From Candidatus Poribacteria bacterium (lineage in GTDB: Bacteria > Poribacteria > WGA-4E > PCPOR2b), in NCBI GenBank assembly GCA_965198175.1, contig OZ240245.1, positions 1,408,001-1,472,000 on the forward strand: DNA of 64,000 nt, written 5' to 3'. The position numbers and the translations under genes are program-made. The notes beneath the pieces were generated by a model. That model was not told the DNA's origin and ran no database searches. It was given only the letters and a program-made list of their open reading frames with translations. Every line of letters starts with the position of its first letter. The stretch's first letter is position 1. Below, one piece after another: positions 58,752-64,000 of this stretch.

Positions 58752-59996
58752 ATGGCAATCCCTACGATTGAAGAGTGGAGAAATAATCAGGAACTGCTCG
58801 ATTACTACGCCGAATGGCATGACTACTTCCCCTGGCGCCAGCGTTGGAATTATTCCGGAGGAGGCGAGGAGTTCCTTTATTTCCATCGCCAACTCCTCGC
58901 CTGGTACGCAGCAGAACGGGTGGGGCGCGGGTTGAGCCTCGTCCCTGACTGGGATGTATCTAAGCCGATTGTGGAGGGACACAAAAACCTGAACCGCGTT
59001 ATCCGCCCTCCGAACTGGAGAATTCCATGGAATCGGCGGGAGCCGTTCGCACTCCCAAGCTGGTTTACGCCACCAGGTGGAGACAGCACCTATAGCGACC
59101 CTGGACTCTGGCTCGCCGGCGGTGACCAGCATGCTCGTGACACAACAAACGTCAATGCACCGAGTGGGCAGTATGGTAGGCTCTCCGACTTCCCGGACGT
59201 TGACACCCTGGGAAAAGCACTGGAACATCCGTGGCACACTTATAGTCAGATTGCGTTTGGCGCTCTCTTTGCCGCAGGACTCAGTCAAGGCGACATGGCT
59301 TGTGTGCCCACCGCGATAAGAGATGCGTTTTTCTTTATTTGGCACCGTCATATTGACAATGTGTGGCGTATGTGGTCAGAGTTGCCTGAAGTTCAACTGC
59401 CCGAAGTGCAGGCAGTCCCAGTGAAGGTGCTCGATGATATCAACAGCCCTGATGTTATCATCCGCCAAACAGCAATTGAGGATGCAGCTGCCGAACTCGG
59501 GAACTTCGGTGACCTGACCCCTGAGTCTGATGATATCATTTTTGGGCAGACCGCTTACCTATATGCCCGGGTTGAGAACATGTCAGACCAACCGGTCACC
59601 GGACGGTTTCACTTCTTTTATGCTCCGGTATCCCTAGCGCATCACCGGCGTTATTGGGTAGAGATTCCGCTCTCCAACGCCGGACGATGGGGGCGCCCTA
59701 TTTATCTCAACCCCGGAGAAAAGCAGGTGTTACGCAGCGGCCCGATGTCTGGGGTCGCCGTGTGGCATTCAAGATTTATCCCTGCGCCCAACATGTACCG
59801 CCTTTTGGCAGTCGTCGTACCTGATGAGGCACCACGCGGCTATCCATTTGAGCGGGCACTCCCTCCGGGTAGCAGTGTCGAAACGTTAACCCTAAATAAC
59901 GACTGGATGGCGTCTCGCGATTTCGAGGTACTGGCTATGGAAGAGGCGGTTTCATGTTCGGAAAATGAATCGTTGACCGCTGCTCGACTAAGCTGA
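58752..59996 (+). CDS. Type-3 copper (hemocyanin/tyrosinase-like) domain protein with a C-terminal beta domain
   Basis: GEEFLYFHRQLLAWY.AER, VPDWD and M....TAIRD..F..WH..IDN. Confidence 0.78.
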   Translation: MAIPTIEEWRNNQELLDYYAEWHDYFPWRQRWNYSGGGEEFLYFHRQLLAWYAAERVGRGLSLVPDWDVSKPIVEGHKNLNRVIRPPNWRIPWNRREPFALPSWFTPPGGDSTYSDPGLWLAGGDQHARDTTNVNAPSGQYGRLSDFPDVDTLGKALEHPWHTYSQIAFGALFAAGLSQGDMACVPTAIRDAFFFIWHRHIDNVWRMWSELPEVQLPEVQAVPVKVLDDINSPDVIIRQTAIEDAAAELGNFGDLTPESDDIIFGQTAYLYARVENMSDQPVTGRFHFFYAPVSLAHHRRYWVEIPLSNAGRWGRPIYLNPGEKQVLRSGPMSGVAVWHSRFIPAPNMYRLLAVVVPDEAPRGYPFERALPPGSSVETLTLNNDWMASRDFEVLAMEEAVSCSENESLTAARLS

Positions 59997-60442
59997 ACCG
60001 TTCTGAAAATTGTGCTTGACATAAACCGAAAATCCGTGTAGACTATATTGTAAGTAATCCTCTTTAATGAGTCGAAGATTGTTCTACCAACCCATCGCAG
60101 GGCAACGGGAGTGAGGGAACAACTTAGGTTCGCCAAGTCTCTTTCCATTTTTTTCAGCCAACCACTGTTTCCCGCCAGACCTCTTGCCAGCTTAATGACA
60201 TCGTAACAGCGCCTGTATCGTAATCTTAAATCGTTCTACCAACGGCTTACAAGCCTACTGCTCCGTCAGGTTGAATCTGATAACATTTCCCATTTTAAGC
60301 GCATGCCGACGGGCACCCGGTTTGTCAACTCACGAAGAGGCGAGTGATTCAGTTCTCCAACGTACGCCCGCTATTGATGGGCGAATTGCGCAACTTGGGC
60401 TCAGCTGAGAGTTCATCTTTGGAACGAGTGAGGGAATCAACA

Positions 60443-61345
60443 ATGTCAACGATTAAGCTACAGGCGGAACTCCGCGATCAGTTCAAGTATGAGGCAACGA
60501 GATTTAACTACACCCAAGTATATAACACTACCAGGACGTACGACTGTGAACCCACCCTGACGGACACCGAAGTTCTAGATTTTTGTAGAAAGGGTTTCCT
60601 GATGCTGGAGGGCGTCGTTCCGGACGAGGTTAATCGGCGGGCGTTTGCGTTTCTCGATGAGAATAGCTACAACCAGCCCACCGAAATCCTCGAAGCGCCC
60701 TGGTTCATCGAGCATGTAGTTTGCAATCCTCAAGCGGCGGGTGCGGTGCGGTCACTGCTAGGGGCGAACTTCAACTTGCCAATCCTCGTCGCTAACCATC
60801 TGGTTAAATGCCCCGCTTCAGCACAGGGATGGCACCATGACGGCGGCTCACAATACAGTCCCGAACTCAATTATCTACAGGTATTCTATTATCCCCAGGA
60901 CACACCTGCGGAGTTGGGTCCGACCGAGGTGTTGCCCGGTTCACACTATAACGACCGGCGTCCGTCACATAACGGACGCCTTAGGGATGGGGTGCTAACG
61001 ACCGCACCCGCGGGCTCGATTTTCCTCACGATTTATCCCATCTTGCACCGCCGCCCCCGTTCAACTGTGGAGGGCATACGCAACCTGTTGAAGTATTGCT
61101 ACTGGCGGACCGTGCCGCCGGTGCGCGACTGGATTATTGAACCGGACTTCGACCTCGCCACGGCGAACTACGGCGGGTTTGGTATGGACGTAGCTATCGC
61201 TCAGCGAGTCTTCTGGCTATGGGGTGAGGGGACTGAGTTTAGCTCAATAGGCGGTCAGGGGTGGCCCTTTTGCACTTCCAACTCCAACCAAATGGCTCCG
61301 TCTTATGGGTTTCCAAGCGGATTGCCACGGTTCGAAATGCCGTGA
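60443..61345 (+). CDS. Phytanoyl-CoA dioxygenase (PhyH) family protein
   Basis: LT..EV..F...GFL.L..V, WHHD (HxD), GPTEVLPGSH and AGS......ILHR. Confidence 0.9.
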   Translation: MSTIKLQAELRDQFKYEATRFNYTQVYNTTRTYDCEPTLTDTEVLDFCRKGFLMLEGVVPDEVNRRAFAFLDENSYNQPTEILEAPWFIEHVVCNPQAAGAVRSLLGANFNLPILVANHLVKCPASAQGWHHDGGSQYSPELNYLQVFYYPQDTPAELGPTEVLPGSHYNDRRPSHNGRLRDGVLTTAPAGSIFLTIYPILHRRPRSTVEGIRNLLKYCYWRTVPPVRDWIIEPDFDLATANYGGFGMDVAIAQRVFWLWGEGTEFSSIGGQGWPFCTSNSNQMAPSYGFPSGLPRFEMP

Positions 61346-61733
61346 AATTGACAGTGCTTTCTTTCCGAGGATAACAAGATGAGGCACTTTATGAAAGGCT
61401 TCATATCGATTTTTTTAAGCTCTATGCAGCGTTGGGATACTTTGATTCCTATGAGCAGTGACCTTGAGCCGTTGAGTTAGGCTGGTATTGGGAAAACAGT
61501 TGCTATACAGAGTATCCCGGCAGATACCAAAGTTAATTCAATGCTTCAGAGTCGCAACCGCATTTATAATATGCGGGACACATTAACCTCCAACTTTTTT
61601 TTCTAGCTAATGTCTAACCTAACATTCTGTTACGCTAGGGTTATACCCTAGCGCGAGCGCGATGGAATAGGGAGTGAGTGCACCTTGTTTCCCTAACTTC
61701 TTCAAACCAAGCTAAGATAAGGAAGGTTCTATC

Positions 61734-62624
61734 ATGTCAAGAGCATTGTTAGCAACACTCATCCTCCTCCTGATGACGGGATACATTTTGGGTGTAACAA
61801 CGGTTTCCGACGCCAAGGTTTTGGCAGCCTGGCTCTTTGATGAAGAAAAAGGCAAAGTTGCCGAGGATGCCACTGGTAGTGGGTTTGACCTGAAAGTCGT
61901 CAAAGGGGAATGGACTAAAGGTAAAGGAGCATTTGGCGGTGCCCTGAACTTTGCTGATGTAGGTACTTACGCTGCTGCTGAGGTCCCTACGGTTGATTTC
62001 AACTTCAGCAAAGGCGAATTCACAATTATATCCAGAATCAACCTGACAGCAATCACCGAATGCTGTACAGGGATCCCGAGTTGGGGCGTCGACAACATTT
62101 CAGGAGACTGGGCGGGAAAGTGGCCTTCAGGCAATACTTGGGTGCTACACCCGGATAAACGCCCCGTCGGGAAAGGGGATTATTTTACCAGTTTTTGGTA
62201 TAATTCACAGGAAAACGTGGACGGAAAACCCGTGGGTCAAGACGCGGGGTGGACGGCAATTCATACAGGGGCGGTAAATTGGAACGAGTGGCATCAGTTT
62301 GCCATAACTTTTGATGGAACAGAGATGAAGATATTTGCCGATGGCGAACTCCAAGACATAGCCAATACTGCGGGTCCGCACGCCTGGCCTCAAGGAGCGC
62401 CCGTTCAACTCTCGTTCTCCCGCGACCTCTGTTGCGGCGTCCCCCGCACGCATACCGGCTGGATTGATGAAGCGCTGCTCGCGGATGAAGCCATATCGGA
62501 AGAGATACTCAAGAAATCAAGTGAAGTCGGGCTAGCAGAGATACCCGAATTCCAGGAGGCATTCGCTGTTAGCGGTCGGGATAAGCTAGTGACAACCTGG
62601 GCCCGTTTGAAACGGCACTACTAA
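61734..62624 (+). CDS. Secreted LamG domain protein
   Basis: Signal peptide, W.FDE..G, FGGAL.F, WHQFAITFDG and G.IDE. Ends in FAVSGRDKLVTTWARLK. Confidence 0.88.
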   Translation: MSRALLATLILLLMTGYILGVTTVSDAKVLAAWLFDEEKGKVAEDATGSGFDLKVVKGEWTKGKGAFGGALNFADVGTYAAAEVPTVDFNFSKGEFTIISRINLTAITECCTGIPSWGVDNISGDWAGKWPSGNTWVLHPDKRPVGKGDYFTSFWYNSQENVDGKPVGQDAGWTAIHTGAVNWNEWHQFAITFDGTEMKIFADGELQDIANTAGPHAWPQGAPVQLSFSRDLCCGVPRTHTGWIDEALLADEAISEEILKKSSEVGLAEIPEFQEAFAVSGRDKLVTTWARLKRHY

Positions 62625-62921
62625 TAACTCACTTCTGAATTGTGATGCAGTGATAACGTGCAAAAATCCTTGGACTACGGATTGTCTTATCGTGGCTAGC
62701 CCCCGATTCTTGGATTTGGGCGAGCAACTCTTGGTCGTTGAGTTTTGTAGGAGCTAGCACCATTGGTCAATACCAGTTCAATGTGAAGTCATTTTGACTG
62801 TGAATCTTATTGTTTGGGCAGGGGTTTTATCCCTGCCCATTCTATATAGTTGAGGGCGTACCCTAGCTCTTCTTTTAAGGTTCAGAACTTAAGGCTGTTG
62901 CTGTTAAGCAGGTGAATTCCG

Positions 62922-63728
62922 ATGAGACTGGATTATGCTTTGGTTTTACTGAGTTTGACTTTAATCTGCGCACCGCTTACCCACGCAGATGAACAAAGTT
63001 GGGATCTAGCTAACCCTGCGGCAACACTGAGAGATTGGGAAATTATCTCAGGCGATTGGGCATTCAGAGGTGGCTGGTGGGAAGTGCAAAGCCGGGGTGA
63101 TACGCCGGGCATTGCTGTAATCAAAGAGCAGGTTGCAAAGCCGCTTGGACTCTTCACTCACGATGGCATGATTTGTGAGGTGACCTTCGAAATTTTAGCC
63201 GAACAAGGCAATCAATTTATTATTTTTGCCTACTCCCCGGAGGTTGATAAAGACTACGTTTTTCAAGCCGGACAGCGCGCGGAAGGCGCGCCGGGGCGGT
63301 GGTCAATTGAACGAATGCATATCCATCCTGACAACGCGAACCGCTTTCGCGCTGCTGAATTTTTTGGGTTTAAGAAGGATGGTGAAGTCCGCGGCAAAAG
63401 AGAATTTCGATTTAAGCTCGAAATTCAAGGCGACACGATTATAACATATCATAACGACAAAGAGCAGAACCAATTTACCTTCGGCGAAGATAGGCCGAAT
63501 TTTGAGCCAGGTGGTGCAGCACAACTCGCGAGACTTTTAGCCTTAATTCGGAAGATGCCTGTGGGTCGAATTGGGCTCTCTAACCTGAATGCACACACCC
63601 GCTTCCAAAATTTTAAGATTTCAGGGCCCGATATTCGATCTGTTGAATCAATGAGTAAATTGGCAACATCCTGGGGCAGAATAAAAGCGCTAAGAAATCG
63701 AATAGGTTCGCGGGATAAAGAGCCATAG
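62922..63728 (+). CDS. Secreted concanavalin/DUF1080-like beta-sandwich protein
   Basis: Signal peptide, W....GDW, KLEIQGD.I..Y and GRIGL......F.N. Tail SVESMSKLATSWGRIK. Confidence 0.7.
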   Translation: MRLDYALVLLSLTLICAPLTHADEQSWDLANPAATLRDWEIISGDWAFRGGWWEVQSRGDTPGIAVIKEQVAKPLGLFTHDGMICEVTFEILAEQGNQFIIFAYSPEVDKDYVFQAGQRAEGAPGRWSIERMHIHPDNANRFRAAEFFGFKKDGEVRGKREFRFKLEIQGDTIITYHNDKEQNQFTFGEDRPNFEPGGAAQLARLLALIRKMPVGRIGLSNLNAHTRFQNFKISGPDIRSVESMSKLATSWGRIKALRNRIGSRDKEP

Positions 63729-64000
63729 TTATGAGCGAATCATTCTTCGATCCGGATGTTGGATTGAACACGCCCGAGTTGCATTGCCCAAGAATCTGCA
63801 AAAGTTGCGCAAGCATTATGCGGCAATGAACAAGACACGCTGAGTTGGCTTGGGAATGTACCCGGTCGTCGGCGATTGACATGGCGCTGTTCCTGGACCC
63901 GATCAGATGCGCGGATGGACAGCTAATTCGTCCCGGTAGTCGAGACTACACGGCGCATTCTGGAACTCGCGGACGAGCTAGAATCTCCATCGCATTGACG

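Noticed and set aside
60017..60442. Riboswitch in the long region upstream of phyH (promoter-like TTGACA-17-TAGACT; GCAGGGCAAC resembles c-di-GMP-I)
   Set aside because: The rest of the aptamer consensus is missing and the stems are weak, so a call cannot be supported.
63731..64000. Possible gene or pseudogene at the window end
   Set aside because: Protein-like fragments switch frames and hit stops, no family was recognised, and the region is truncated by the window.

Overview
Bacterial chromosome segment, most likely from Candidatus Poribacteria or a close relative. This is an inference from the LamG proteins ending in an 'AV.P..KL.TTW..LK' tail, a PhyH dioxygenase, DUF6785/DUF6784-like membrane proteins and giant proteins with 'NYPNPF' tails. 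1-27.6 kb is mostly metabolic and housekeeping: oxidoreductases, GH127/GH32-like hydrolases, nfuA, a sigma70 factor, a SufR-like regulator, dapL, mqnD, pduO, csp, dusB, aldolases and a CoA-transferase. It also holds an unannotated UxxC selenoprotein with a clear SECIS hairpin and a frameshifted discoidin-like lipoprotein. 27.7-32.8 kb is a REP-associated tyrosine transposase (RAYT) locus. Its GTAG-REPs have unusual 72-76 nt loops, a ~34 bp element recurs at duplication and repeat junctions, a promoter module is duplicated, and cargo genes sit between the repeats (toxin-antitoxin remnant, coiled-coil protein, TIR/NDT-like protein plus a small basic partner). 33-52 kb encodes two giant Ig-repeat secreted proteins whose leaders share a motif, followed by a PorV-like barrel and a LysM coiled-coil protein. 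The end of the window has a degenerate AccA homologue, a REP-flanked repeat protein, two paralogous membrane proteins and an arthropod-hemocyanin-like protein lacking two copper histidines. No rRNA, tRNA or CRISPR array was recognised. All product calls are by motif recognition; no searches were run.
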